Of a stretch of 64,000 nucleotides of DNA, positions 25,730-39,527 are shown in pieces. The notes beneath the pieces are model-generated. The model saw nothing but the letters and a program-made list of their open reading frames with translations, had not been told where the DNA came from and did no database searches. Within the stretch, counting starts at the first letter, position 1. Each line of letters begins with the position of its first letter. Position numbers and translations under genes: made by a program. Location: contig BFEA01000018.1 of assembly GCA_003427395.1 (NCBI GenBank), positions 1,121,382 through 1,185,381 on the forward strand. The letters are read 5' to 3'. The stretch comes from Chara braunii. Lineage: Eukaryota > Plantae > Charophyceae.

Positions 25730-25846
25730 GGACGCTGGACCCGCTTTCCAGCAGGTGCTGGTCCCCACCAATAGATGGAGCCTCCCCCCGGGAGTGCTAG
25801 TGGTGCCTGCTCTTATCAGCACCCGTAGCATCCACTCGGTTTGTTC
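25730..25846 (+). repeat. LINE 3'-tail motif copy
   Basis: GGACGCTGGACCCGCTTTCCAGCAGGTGCTGGTCCCCACCAATAGATGGAGC..GTGCTAGTGGTGCCTGCTCTTATCAGCACC. Confidence 0.85.
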
Positions 25847-26097
25847 TTTTTTTTTTTTTTTTTTTTTTTTTTAAGGATCAAGTCGATTCTTGGCCTGGTC
25901 CCAGCGTTTCGGAGAAACGAGAAGTATCGAGTATCTAGGTGCATCTTCCGGGAAGGTTTCAAAGATTCGTAGGGAGAAGCAGGAGTTCTGTATCATCCTC
26001 TCACCTTCTTCTATGTATGCCGGGGGGGGGGGGGGGGGGGAGAGGATATTTTCCAACGGTCAAGCCACCAGTATGGGACAGCATTGTGATCCTCAGC

Positions 26098-26320
26098 TTT
26101 TTTTTTTTTTTTTTTTTTTCCAATAACTGGTCCCTCCTCTAGGAGAGGTGATAAGAGCACACCTCCCCTAGGGAGCTTCCTGGTTGCTCCAGTCTATTGG
26201 TGGGGAGCCACACCTGCTGGAAACCGGGTCCAGCGTCCCATTATACATCAAGAATCTGACCATACAGTCGAGTGACGACCTGCCAGCATTGATTGCCCTG
26301 GTCCCCAGGGGATTAACTGA
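26098..26320 (-). repeat. LINE 3' UTR copy with motif and poly(A)
   Basis: Minus strand GGGACGCTGGACCCGGTTTCCAGCAGGTGTGGCTCCCCACCAATAGACTGGAGC..CTAGGGGAGGTG-TGCTCTTAT-CACCTCTCCTAG. Confidence 0.88.
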
Positions 26321-26489
26321 TCAGGTAGTGGTTTTGTTTGGCTATAATCATTGGTATTCCCGTGGGATCTGTTCTTTAATGCTCTCGAGTAAAACCCTTC
26401 TTTCACTGGCAGCACTGGGAGCATAGGTATTAAGTTTTCAGATAACTTTTTTTTTTTTTTTTTTCCCCCCCCCCCTCTAGCATAGCTGG

Positions 26490-26652
26490 AACTGATACGC
26501 ACCTTCCCCCCTCTTAGTCTGCTGCCGAGCGGATCAGTTGTGCACAGGAACCGGGGGGTAACCAGATGGCTACCCCTGCGCTGCCCTGTCCGAGGCCCGG
26601 CGCTTGATAGGCACCACGTGGGCAGATTAATTTGTGTATCCTGTTGTGTTCT

Positions 26653-26686
<34 letters not shown>

Positions 26687-26800
26687 TCTTGTATGCCCAT
26701 GAGATGGGTTTCTTGGACGCATACCATGTCTGGCCATTCCTTCCCCTCCACTCCTTAAATTCATTAATTCCTTTATTGCTTGGTGTTTTTCAGGTGTCGG
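26490..26800 (-). pseudogene. LINE AP-endonuclease N-terminal fragment
   Basis: EGKEWPDMVCVQETHLM matches GKQWPNVVCNQETHLM and GKRWPDVICVQETHL of LINEs A and B; interrupted by poly(T). Confidence 0.8.
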
Positions 26801-28209
26801 TTGTAAGAACTTCTTTTCTTTTCAAAACAAAAGGGGAGGCAAGGAGCTTCGGACTTGTGTACATTAAAGGCACCACTTTCCATCCTCCCTACCTCCATAC
26901 CCAAGAAACGCAGAAAGGAACATTTACATCGTATTTGTTCTATAATTTTATAAGTTTTCTGTAAATGTATTCTGTATGCTTTACGTAGCACATACTATGT
27001 TAGGTAATTATATGCTATATACAGTTGGTTACAATCAAATGTACATGTGTATGTGGAATGTTGGTTTACCCAAGTGCTTTGCTGGAAGCAGGAGCGCGGT
27101 AGAGCGTGGCCAGAAAGAAGATGGACCAAGAGAATTTGAAGAAAAGAAAGTAAAGGCACAACTGGTAGTGTAGAAAAAAAAAAAAAAAAAAAAAAGAAGA
27201 TCGCGCGCCACGTGACCCTCTTTCTCCTCATAACCATCGCATGACACAAGATCCTACCCGTAGCCTTCCTGCCCCCCCATTTCTCTGCACCTCTTCTCCT
27301 TCATCTTTCCCTTTTTGCCTCCTTTGTTTCCTTTCCGCGAGGGTGTTTTCCGAGAGTTACCTTTGCTTTCCATTTTTCATTTGTTTTTCCCTTTTCTTCT
27401 CCCCCTTCCCCATGGAGATTCTCTAGGGGCCAGGGGCATCAGCCTATTAGCAGCAGATTTTTTATTTATTTATTTTCAAGTGTGGCCCCCCATCATAACT
27501 TACTGTCTAGTTGTGGGGGAGTGGCACGTGCTGGCAACCGTGTCTCATGCATCATTACGCACAGTCTAGAAATGACTCTATATCATTCCTCGCTCCCACT
27601 TGGGCCTGCATCTGCACTTTGCTCTGGCATCTGCAATCCTCTTCAGTCATGATGGCGTATGCTGATTATATCTGATTAAGAGTGAGGCCCTGGGGTGAGG
27701 CCCCACTTCAACAGATTGAGACATTATGTCCATACTAGATAGTGAGGATCGGTGGCCAGTACCAAGGCCTTCCTATGTTTTTTCCTGTACGTATGGAGGC
27801 CCTTATTCTTATGTACCGCCTGCCTGTGGCCAGTTTGATACGTATCTCAATGAGAAATTTTCCTTCAGGTGGAAATCGCCCATCTGATATTGATGGTCCA
27901 CCAGTCCATGGGACCCTTCTGTGGACCTCTGAACGCATTTTATCCTGAATGAATTTAACTGGGGAGACACTCCCCACCAATAGATTGGATCAGCCCGCAG
28001 TTGGGTACGTCTCATCCTTGGCCGTGGGACTGGCGGGTGTTGCTGTGTGAAGCCTGGCACCCGGAGTGACCCTTTCACTCACAATTTGTTTAAACTTATG
28101 GGTAAACTGTGGCTGTGGCACACTTTCAGTTTGAAATTGGCAACAAAAGACGAAGTGGCGCCAATGTCATGATGTGAGTTTCAAAATGTGCAAGTTTATC
28201 AGGGATCTA

Positions 28210-28925
28210 AAACTGCGCCAGGCGTGTGATCATCTGGGCATTGTGGAGGTGATGCTGCACGCATGAAATGGAAGGGGCGCCTGGATGGACCAGAATTCAG
28301 TGAAACCATAAAACAATACATACGAACGGACACCACTACAAGATGTGGAAGAACAAAGGAACGTATTTCTCTCGTCCCCATTTGAAATTCTTCAAATCAT
28401 AGGACAACTCAGTGGCCGCTGGGTTGGGGGGGCACAAGGGGGCGGGATTGGGCAAATAAACTCGAGTGGGGATCAAGGGGATCACCAGAGGGAGGTCTTG
28501 AAAAGAGACTACCACTTGGTCTTCTAGGACTGGTCAAATGTAGACCCCTCCACACCAATTCGTCCTCTGGAAGACTTCCCTGATTTTCCCCCTCCGCATT
28601 CCAAGGGCATTGAGCCTCAAAGTTGGTTTGGTCTGGAGCAGTACTCGATTGACATTCTTGTTTTGTTTGTTGTTTTCTTGCCTAGAAAGAAAGCTTCTAG
28701 TACTAGCGTTCAAAGGTTAAATATTTTCTGGGCTCTGTCATAACCAAAGCTATTATGCTCATATGGGACGCCGGACCCGGTTTCCCACAGGTGATGCTCC
28801 CCACCAATAGATTGAGTGACCGTTGGGGAAGTACTAGGAGAGGCTGCTCATACCACCCCTTGTAGTAGTCCTATTCCGGCCTCTTGTTAGCGAAAAAAAA
28901 CAAAAAATAAAAAAAACAAAAGAGA
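28210..28925 (+). mobile_element. 5'-truncated LINE (ORF2 tail, 3' motif, A tail)
   Basis: LDGPEFSETIKQY, RDYHLVF*DWSNVDPSTPIRP..WFG; motif at 28765. Confidence 0.85.
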
Positions 28926-28959
28926 AGCTACTGTGTTTCGTCCCTAGATTGCTGAATCC

Positions 28960-29670
28960 ATTCCCCAATCCCGAACCTATCCCGACCTACTCCCTCGCCC
29001 CCTATCCCGATCCCGACCCACCATCCCGATACCAACCCCCACCAAACCCGCCCCCCTGTGTTGTCTCTAGCTTACCGAACCCATCCCCCAATCCAGTCCT
29101 GGTTACCATCTCACCTTCCCATCCTGTCCCACCTTCTCACCCCCCTACCCCGATCCCGACCCGCCATCTCCAATCCCGAACCCATCCCGACCTTCTCCCT
29201 CGCCCCCAATCCCGATCCCGACCCACCATCCCGATCTCGATCCTGGCCATCCTCCCGGGCCGAACCCATCCCGTGTTTCCTCCGTCTCCGGATCCGACGA
29301 CCCATCCCGACCCACTCTCTCGCTCTCTGTCCCGATCCACCATCCTGACCCCAACCCTGACCACTGTACCCCGGACGGCCTTGCCTCCCCCGATCCCATC
29401 CCGACCCCATTCTCCTGCCCCGATCCCAGCCCATCATTCTGATCCCAACCTGGGCCATTCTCTCGCCAGCAGGATCGGACTCATCAACCACGGGGATTGT
29501 GAGCCCTCTCTCGCCCCCTGTCCCGACCCACCATCCTGACCCCAACCCTGACCACTGTACCCCTGACGGCCTTGCCTCCCCCGATCCCCGATCCCGGCCC
29601 ATCATTTCGATCCGAACCTGGGCCATTCTCTCGCCAGCAGGATCGGACCCATCCACCACGGGGATCGCGA
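28960..29670. repeat. Degenerate (CCCGAT/CCCGAC)-based minisatellite with a duplicated block of about 190 bp
   Basis: CCATCCTGACCCCAACCCTGACCACTGTACCCC occurs at about 29340 and 29531. Confidence 0.85.
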
Positions 29671-29930
29671 GCCGTGAACGTCGCTTTTGGCACCTGCCCG
29701 GGCGGGTATCAACGTGGAAGGAGGAACGACTGTCGACGTAGGAGCATCGATGGGTGAGGGTCGTGGGAGAGAAATGAGGTGTGAAGGGGGTAAGGAACAG
29801 GGCGAGGGCAGTTCATCGGGGAGTGTGGGAATGGGTGAGAAAGGGAGAGTGATGGGAGGAAGAGCGGGTGCGTGCATGTGAGAGCGTGGTTACGAGGTTG
29901 TGCGTGTGAGCGCGGGTGCATACGGGTGAG

Positions 29931-29933
<3 letters not shown>

Positions 29934-29988
<55 letters not shown>
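29934..29988. repeat. (GA)n microsatellite
   Basis: Directly visible. Confidence 0.97.
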
Positions 29989-29992
<4 letters not shown>

Positions 29993-30400
29993 GATAGAGA
30001 AATCGACTGTAATCGACCAATTGCAATTGAGAGAGGTAGGAGAAATCATATAGGTGAGATGCTTAACGAAATATGGTGGTCAACTTAGTCTGCGTGGAAC
30101 TAAGCTAGATCAGCTAGTCAGTGGATTGCAGGGATAGAGCTTGATCTGCGGAGAGAAAGAGTGAGAGAGAGGGAGAGAGAGCGTCAACTATAAAAATTTG
30201 GTGGGGTGGTCTCCGTTGTCTCACCCTTGATCACCTCCCCGGGACGCCACCCGAACGAAGAAGGTGTTAACAAGAACACAGGGGAAACATGGTGATCGGT
30301 AAAAGGAAAAACAAACAGCAGAGAGTGCACAAGAAATTGGATTTTATGCTCATGTACAAGGGGGCGGCAAGACACCACGCCTACGAATGGCTCATGAGGT

Positions 30401-33351
30401 ATGACAGCTCATACCATCTCACACGGTAGAGAGCACGCGGGAATGAGGAATGGAAGGAGGGAAACTAGGGAAGGTGTCCAACCATCGAATTCAGCTAGCC
30501 AGAGTCTGAACTGCAATGAGAGCTCGAGATCGTGGGCGGACAGGGTGGCGAGGCCTTTTGCTAGGGAGTCTGTTCTCATCCAGTGGAAGAATGAAGGGGA
30601 GAATGGTGGGAATGGGGATAAATGGAGGATTTCGTTAGGAAGTTTGACATCGGCCGGGGCCTTCTTCCTCACCCACCTCCTGGCCGCATCGAAACATAAG
30701 ATAGTACACCACGACGGTAGGAAGAGCATTGTCCAAACACTCCCAGGGGATAAAGTGAAAGAGAGGGATGAGTTGTATATATGCCACGCAAGTAATTGGG
30801 CATTCCATGATGACGTGACGTTTAAATCAACAAATGATAAGGTTGGCTGGATCAGGGAACACTTGGAGGCCTTCAAGGGATCCTTGGAGGTTGCCCATGA
30901 TTTATTCCTGATACAACCAGCCTCATCCTCTCTCATTACTGTCATCTGTATGCTAGACGAGGACAAAAGATCAATGGATGGATGGAAGTCGCTCCGTTGA
31001 GAAGGATCGGAGGTGCGAATCTACCCGTGGTCTCCCCCAAGACAGCCGAGACCAAAAGAATGAAGGGAACAAATGATGAGGGAGCACTTCTGGGTAGAAT
31101 TTCGACACATCCCCATTGAGATACAAGCAACTTTTATGCAGGATTTTGCCGAGAGATTCAATGTGGTGGATTTCATTGATCCCTTGCCACCACATGTCGC
31201 ACGAAGAGACGACTACCTTATGTTGGCCCTCCGTTTGGTCGAAGGTCACATTTTCACGATCGATGATGTTATTCTGTTTTATGTGGGCGGGAAAGTGTAC
31301 CGAATTCATACTGCCCATAAGCATCGTCCCTGGTGCTTTAAATGGCAGGCCTACGACCATTTGTACACGGACACTGCTCGTCCCCGTCACCCATCCCGCA
31401 CCATAAAGCTTACGGGACGCCTAAGAAGGGACCCCTTTGTGAAAACTCGATGGCGAACTGTCGACCCAGGTCATGAAGGTTGGGTGTACATTGACGCACC
31501 TGGAAAAGAGGAAGTAAAGGTGATAGGATGGCGGTGGGAGGGGCAAGGGAACCCCGTCAGGATACCAGACCACCGACAACATGGGTCCCTCCGAAAACCT
31601 TGGAAACACACCTGAACCAACCAGCCGAGGTCCGGGGGAAAGGTACATGGGTGGTAGTTGGGAAGAAAAAGAATCAAGAAGAAAAAACTAAAAAAACTGA
31701 AAAAGCAACTGAAGGAGAGAAAAGGGGAGCCGACATTGGCAATAGATTTGCCCTTTTAGAGGACGGGGAAGGTGAGCCAGTGCAAAGCGAATGGTATAGT
31801 CTTGAGCAGACCACGGACAAGGAAGGGGGGGTGATCAATGCCGAAGGGGCTGGGGAGGAAAGTCTTGTAGTTCAGAAACAAATGGAGGTTTCAGGATCTG
31901 GAGGGGGGGGGGGCGAGAAAGGAAGTGGCGTTGCCAGGTCCTGGAAACAAGTCGCCTGACTTGTCGTCGCAACCCAAACCTTTACAACCAGCAGACCATG
32001 GGCAACAAAGGTTACATTCTGCTAGCCAAATGGGACTGCAGGAACAACATGACAATCAGGCGTCCTTACTACAGCACACAAAACCCCAGCCGACGTTGCG
32101 ACTTAAACAACAGACGCGGATAGGTCACACACAACAGATGTCCCCGCCGGCTAACCCGTTACAAAAACAACAAATGCCAGAACAAGTGAAAAAGGGGCAA
32201 CAAAGGCAGCATGGCCAAGAGACACGACGAATATCGCTGGCACAGCAAGGGCAGCACCCGTCATCGCCGTCACCCCCTCCCCTAGCAACACAGCAAAGGC
32301 AAAAAGGGCAGGAGCCACAACAGGCACAACACGCATATAATCTGGCCCCGGACTTCTGTTCGAAAGCCTTTGGGGCGCAGCCAATGGATGTGGACACGAC
32401 CCCTTCTCCTCCGGATGTGGAAATGGAGGAAAGGGAGGACCTCTGAAATGACCCGGATGCTCCTCCACAAGAGATGTGCCTGGATCACAAGATCCAGGTG
32501 GTAGCTGAGTGGATAATCAAACATCTGCGATCTAACCTTCCACTCAGAGGAGAGGAATACTGGGATAGGTCCTATGTAGAGCTAGTAAGTTAAACACTCT
32601 TGAACAACAGTCCAACCCTTAGGACCGCACTGACTTCCGGACCCCCAACCCATCTAACATGGGCAGATGTCTTCCAACGTATTTTGGTCATCGCTCTTGG
32701 TCGCTTTCGCCCCCCCCCCGCCCCCGACCCTCCCAATTCGCAGACATCCGACCGAGAACAGGAGCAGGACCCTCCCCCCCAAACAGAGGCACAACATATG
32801 CAGCTAGAGAAAATGGGGAGAGGGGAAACAGTGGAAATAGCGGAGGAAGGGATGACCTCACGGCGGCTTAAGTTGCGACAACTCATTGAAAGGGGCATTT
32901 TTGAGTTACCACTGTCCAGGACGGATGAAGTGTTTGTGATCCCCATGAGAAAAACCGATGGGAAATGGGAAGTTGGTCTTTCCTCAGTGGGAGAACATGG
33001 GGGCGTTGCCTTACAAGGTTGGAAACTTTCGGGCCAAGAGGGTAAGGAAAAGATAGGATCTTCACGAATCAAATGCGAGCATTCATTCCCAAGCACTATG
33101 CACCTGGGGCGGGAGCAGGCATGAGATTCGAAGCCTGAGACCAACAGATGGCTAAGAACGATCTCTACTTGCTTTTTGACTCCAACAAGACGGCCGACTT
33201 ACGCTGGTATAGCCACAATGCCCTGCTAGATTTACAATGCGCCAAAGTCAAGGCCAACGGGTTTTGGTCGGATGACGATGTATGCAAATGTTTGTGTAGA
33301 ATAGTGCGGACAAAGGTCCTATGTCTTGAAAGATGGGACGTCAAACAATGA
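30401..33351 (+). pseudogene. LINE B ORF1 (fragmented)
   Basis: Collinear conserved blocks with LINE A ORF1, separated by Q/E/P-rich linkers. Confidence 0.75.
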
Positions 33352-33375
33352 CACCCCCTTTGAACCTATTGCCAT

Positions 33376-36300
33376 GAATCTGTCGTACCCGGATTTAGAT
33401 GTACTATACTGCAAAAATCCTACTTGGCAACAATGTGTAAAGACAACAGACTTGGATCTACGCTCCATTAGTGTTAATGGCCTGACATCCAATAAGCCTG
33501 AGAAACACCATGCCATTTGGGATCAACTTAGAGGGGTTGGGGGCAAGAGATGGCCAGATGTGATATGCGTACAAGAGACCCACTTGCAGGACAACCTGGA
33601 GCATAATAGGGCCCATAAGATGGTCTGGCCTCACTCGGCTGTGAGGGCTCATTCCCCTAGGCTGGGATCAGCAGGAGTAGCGATCTGGATTCCCCCCGAC
33701 TCTAGATTCCAGTTAGTTCACTGGGCGGTAGACGAGGAAGAGGGGCGGTGGGCCTTTGTATTAGGTATGCTCGAATTGGAGTTACTTTGTATCCTCTGTA
33801 TCTACTCGCCGAACACAGTCAGTGAACGAAGGGCCTTCCTAGGCAATCTAGGAGCACAAGTCCCTGAGGGCATCCCCCTGATCGTAGCAGGCGATTTCAA
33901 CTCCACTCCAGATAGAAGATTGGATAGATGGTATGCCCAGGAGACTCTTCCTTTTGCTGCGGTTGAGGATGAGCAAATGATATCAGAATCTTGTAAAACC
34001 CTCTCGGTTTTTGACACCTTTCGTCGGTTGCACCAGCAGGACCGATATTTTACATGCATAAGAGACATCAACCCGACGTGCTTATCCAAATCACGAATCG
34101 ACCTTATCTTTCTTTCCAATGACTTGGAGGGGGCACTGCGCTGGTCATCTATCCTTCCACGCAGCCCGTTCCCAGAACTGGATCACAAGACATGCGGGCT
34201 AATTTTAACAATGAGGAAAAGGCCGGATCAAGGGCCGGGGTTTTACAAACTTAATACTTCCCTCTTAAGGGATGACCCATTTAGACAGATGATTCGACTC
34301 GAATGGCAATTTTGGCGCCATCAAAAACATCTCTTTGATTCAGTCTCTACATGGTTCAATAACGGGTTAATTTTACTGGCTAAAAAGTGTAAGGAATTCT
34401 TTAAGGTTAGCGCGACCCAACGCTATCAGCAAGAATGAAGTATTCGTAAGGAATTACTAGACCTGGAACAACAGGACGATTCACAACATCTCACCATCTC
34501 CATGCAGAGAGTAAAGGATCAACTCTTAACGTACGCACAACATAGATGGCAGTCTGGCAGGGAATCCGAATTCGAGGGAAAATGACCAAGTTCACTCAGG
34601 AAGCCACAATGAACACTCATTTTTTTGCGATGGCTACGACCCGCGCGCGAAGAACCGTAATTGAGGCACTCTATGAACCAACCAGTAGGGAGGAGGTTAT
34701 TGCAACCGATACCGCCCATTGCACATTAATCACGATGGATTTTTTCAAACAATTGTACACCTTCCAAATCCCGACCCCGCTAGGGGAAGTATGAGAAAGA
34801 GAACTCGAAGAATCCTTACTTCCCATGGGTAAACGCCTTTCCCCGCAACAGCGTGGCCGATTGGAGGAGACTTTGACTAAAGATGAAATATGGGTTGCGC
34901 TTCTCGAGATGAAGGAGGAAAACCCCTCGGGTATTGATGACTTCCCTAAAGAGTTTTGGGAAGCGATGTGGACGGACTTAAACTCGGACCTGTGGGACTA
35001 CTACAAGGAGGTATGGGAAGTTGGGGAGATGGGGGAAGTGGTGGGGAAAGGGGTACTGTCGTTGCTATACAAAAAGGGGGATAAAATGAACATCAGGAAT
35101 TATCGGCCTATCACCCTTCTTCCAGTAGTCTATAAAATGTTTTTGAAAGCCATGACAAATCCACCCAGCACAGACAGGCTTTATGGTCAGTAGGAACATA
35201 CAAGAGAACATCCTTCTGGTGAATGAAGTAGTTAAACTGGCACAAAGGAATCGGGCAAATGGGGCCATTATTTTTATTGATTTCGAGAAAGCCTATGACC
35301 ACGTGAACTGGCTTTTCCTGGACAGATGCCTAGAAAAAATCAACTTTGGACTTATCTTTAAACGATGAGTAAAGATTTTTCACAACAACGCCACCACCTG
35401 TGTACAAGTTAATGGGTCGGTGACTCCTCCATTTAAACTTCAAAGGTCGGTGACACAAGGTGACCCTATCGCGCCCTACCTCTTTTAAGTCATTATGGAG
35501 ACACTTTCAGCCAATCTGAGGCACAATAAGGATCTGACTCGAATTAAGATAGCGAATATACCTGACGAGGCAGTGCCGATCTGTTCCTTTTTTTATGACG
35601 ATCTTACTATTATGGTTGAGGTGACATTGCAGAATATGGAGAAAATCCAGAGCCTTATGAATAAGTTTTGTAAAATGTCAGATATGACTGTCAATTGGGG
35701 TCAAAAGACGGTAGGTTGCTCGCTACATCATCAAGGAGGTAGGTCCCCTGAGAATCCCCGTATTACTTGGCTTCCCCTAGATGACCCGCTTAGGATTCTG
35801 AGAGCATTGGTTACGGCTAAGGGTAAACCAGTCACTAATGACAAATGGCTGGTGGGACCGGCTCACAATAAGCTCCCAGGGTGGAACAATAAACACACTT
35901 CTATACTCGGGCGGGTTTTGGTCATTAGCAATGTAACATTAGCCACACTCTGGTATAAAGCCATACTATGGCCCATGAGCACCAGGGGCCTCAAGTCTTT
36001 AAAACGATAACTGACGGTCTTTTTTATGGAGAGGGGATAGTAACAATCCCCATGTGATTAGTCGGGTAGCATGGGATTCGATAATTCAGCCAAAGGCCGG
36101 AGGGGGGCTTGAAATTGTGGATCCGTCTACACAATTCCAAGCACTTCACTTTCGTTGGCTCCGACATCTCATCTTCTCATCATCCTCTCCCTGGGTCCCT
36201 CTCGCCTTGGAACAAATTGCAGCCTTGGCCCCCGAGACCCCATCTGAGACCGACCCTCTAGTGTGGCTCGAAGACAGGAGCTGGAAGCTATCGAGGAAAT

Positions 36301-37908
36301 ACAGAAATGGGGACCCCGCAGATGAACAATGGTTGCGCCTTTTACGAGTATGGAGGAAGCTTACCCCTCCTAATCGCCCAACACCAAATAGGTGGGAGGA
36401 AATTTTCAGACAACCCCTGTTTGGTAATAGACTGATCACAGATTCTCTCGGTCGAATGAGGTGTAGCTCAGATTCTTCATGGAAAGGTTTGGGTGAAACA
36501 CGGGGTCACGAGGGTGGGGGATCTTTGGGACATGAATACAAGGGACTTGAAAAGTGCATAAAGAATGCGTTCATGGTTCCGATATTGTCATTTCACTGAG
36601 GATGCACTTAACGATCTCATTGACAGTTTTGCCCTTCACTGATACATCACTCTCCGGAAGGACCCTCGTTTGGTAGAAGAGGACTGGGTGGGTTTCCCCA
36701 ATTATGAAAATCAAGTAGGTCAGGTTCACTTTGTAGACCAAACGCAAGTGTTGATCGAAGTCTTCTCCATCCGAAAGGAGGATCAACTACGAGGGAGCAA
36801 CCAACCCTTTATGTGGAAGGAGAAAAAAGAAGTATATCGCGTCAGAATTATTCACGAATGTAAAGGATGGAGAGCCTATCGATCCAGGACCCCGATTGAG
36901 GACCTCCCCTTCGATGCCGAGGAGTGGCACTGGTCCTGGAATGGTCCAAGAAACTCTGCAAATTCAGGTAGGGGAGGAAAGGCACGATCAATAACACTTG
37001 CTGACTTAAAATCTAAGTCAGTATACCGAATGCTCAGACCTAAATGTAGACAGCGAGATATTGTAGAGGATAGATGGTATCGACATCTCAATGTGGATCG
37101 CGGCTTGCCAAAACCCATAAGGTGGTTCGAGGATTATGGAAAGAGGCCGACAAAGATCTCCGCCCTACAATGCCAGATCACACACCGGTGCTTACCAACT
37201 AACGATTGGCTAATAGATCACTCCCATTTGGAACAGCAGGGGCGAGCACTACCTTGGTGTCAAAGATGCCTCCAAGGCTACCCCAGTAAAAAATGCACCG
37301 AGACGATGGAGCACATCTTCCTTTAGTGTCCCACGACTGTCCTACTGTGGAGGTGGTGGGACAGGATTTGGAGACACAGGATACTGGGCTCGACTTGGCC
37401 ATGAGAGTGGAGGGCTATACTTCTGGGACACTTTCCCCAGATCCAAAGGAATACATTCAAAGAAAATATGTTTTTCATCGGAATGCGGGCTGTCCTATGG
37501 ATAATATGGTGGAGAAGATGTATCCTAGAAATAGAGGGAGTAGAGGTAGAAGAGGGGGAAGCCATAGAGCAACTAAGACTTTTGGTTCAACACGAGATTG
37601 CGGCCAAGTGGGGGGTGGTTAAGAAAAATCTAAGGCAGCTGCGCACCAACAAGGATATTGACAGGGTTATCTCGCAGTTCTGCGAGGATTGGTTGGGAGG
37701 GAGGAAGGAAGGTTGGATAGCAAGGGTAACTTGGGAAGAGGGTGGACAGGCACAGAGGGGACAACAGACAGGGGTTACAAGGGATTATCGGCTTCACTTT
37801 CGCGAATGGACAAAGATTGATCCCACCATCCCGCTGCGGCCTGCTCAGGACTTCGCAGACCCTTTTCCCCCTCACCCTTTGTCTCTGGTGGTACCGTTCC
37901 CGTCCTGA
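33376..37908 (+). pseudogene. LINE B ORF2: APE, RT, zf-RVT-like region
   Basis: SISVNGL, VQETH, AGDFN, SRIDL, LDH; NYRPITLL, IDFEKAYDHV, QGDP, FFYDD; CQRC..ETMEHIF. Confidence 0.95.
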
Positions 37909-39527
37909 TTATTTCCTGGACCCGGTTTCCAACACTTTGGCGTCATTTGACTCATTTCCATTCTGGAAAGGTTTTTTAAGGGACGCTGGACCCGTTTTCC
38001 AGCAGAAGAGAGGTATCCCATTTTATGACATTGAGCTGATCTCTCAACACATGATTCTCATAATACAACAGAATACAATAGACGCCACGAGGGAAGTAGG
38101 GGGTAGGCTGAGGCCGGGTGATGGAGGGAAACTCCACTAGTGCCCCCCAATGGCCTTCCACCCTTTACCGGACCTGGCCACAGGCTAGGAAGGGGGTTAT
38201 AGTTTTTAATATGGGTCGCTGGACCTGTTTTCCAGCACAGTGGTGTCTTTTTAAATGGAAAGATTGTACAGATCTATTCAAGGGATGCTGGAACCGGTTT
38301 CCAGCAGGTGATGATCCCCACCAATAGATGGAAGTGTAAAAATAAAAAATAAAAAAATAAAAATAAAAAAATAAAATAAAATTCAAACTACGCAAAAAAA
38401 AACATTTGCTTTTTTTGTCCTTTTCTTTTTGGAGCTCACAGGACCCAGCCCCCAACCTTAGTTCATCATCGTTCTGCTTCCTTAAACCCCTGCTTCCCCA
38501 TCTATGGAGGCACTTGTTGGCCTTACCTCGGATATACCGGACAACAATTGCAGGCACCAACGCTAGGTCAGGACAACCTCTCCCAGCCCTAGTTGAAGCA
38601 CTATCGAAAGAGCCCTGTATGGAGAGATACTTCGGTCGCCAAGGATGCTCGTCTTATACACTCTTATTTTTTCCTATGAGCACCGGCCCTGGTTGGTCAG
38701 ACAGCCCCTGACCCCACTGGGGCGACATGTTCCTAGTGTAGCCCACCATAGCCGTATTAGGGGTTCTTTTGTGTTATTACATTGAGGGGGCAAGGTTATC
38801 AATCCCATCACCCGCACCAGTTCGCCGCAGGGCTGATTCCTGCCAGGGAAAACCTCCGGCCATCCCCTTGCTCCCTCAGTTATGTCATATCATAGTTGGT
38901 ATTTATAGTTATCGCTCCAGGCTAGTCCGGAACCGAATGGACCCCACAGCCGCACAAACAGTCACCTGCTTTCCCACACGTGGCGGAGGGTGTCCGGTGT
39001 CAGCGGAGAGGGCCAACCCTTGGGGATCCCACCACGCCTGCATTTGGAGACATTTCCAGGCCATTCGACTTCCTGAAAAGGGAAGAACACGACGAGTTTT
39101 CCTTTTCAGGAAAGTCCGCGGTGCGCACCCCCTTGGCTGTTGTGGACTCACACCTGGTGCGTTTGCGGGAATGTCCGCGGCGGGCCGTGTGATGTTGGTG
39201 GCAGACCGGTGGCGGGGCGTGTGATGTGCGGCTTTCAGCAGTGTCCCAAGTGGGAGGCCTCCACTCCACGGTCCGGTTTTGCCGACCGTTGTGCTGCCAT
39301 GCCCTGCACACACTTGGGAGTGCGGCGATAGGGGCAGCTCCACTCGCTGCCGCTGGGAAGGTGGTTCCACAACCGGGCCAGCGTTTCCAAGTGTGCCGTT
39401 GTTCGTTCTGGCGCAGCTGTGACCATCCTCGTTGCCGCCATACCTGTGACTGCCATAGGATTCCTTTGCCGAACGGAGCCGCCTTTTCACCGTGTCTGTC
39501 GCCATCATCGATGAAATGGATTGGGAA

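Larger units (their letters stand above)
30401..38402 (+). mobile_element. L1/Tx1-like LINE copy B, near full length, decayed
   Basis: ORF1 relic 30401-33351, ORF2 relic 33376-37908, repeated 3' motif 37915-38332, A-rich tail 38338-38402. Confidence 0.92.

Noticed and set aside
28949-29741. Pro-rich extensin-like ORFs
   Set aside because: Open frames on both strands arise from the CCCGAT minisatellite.
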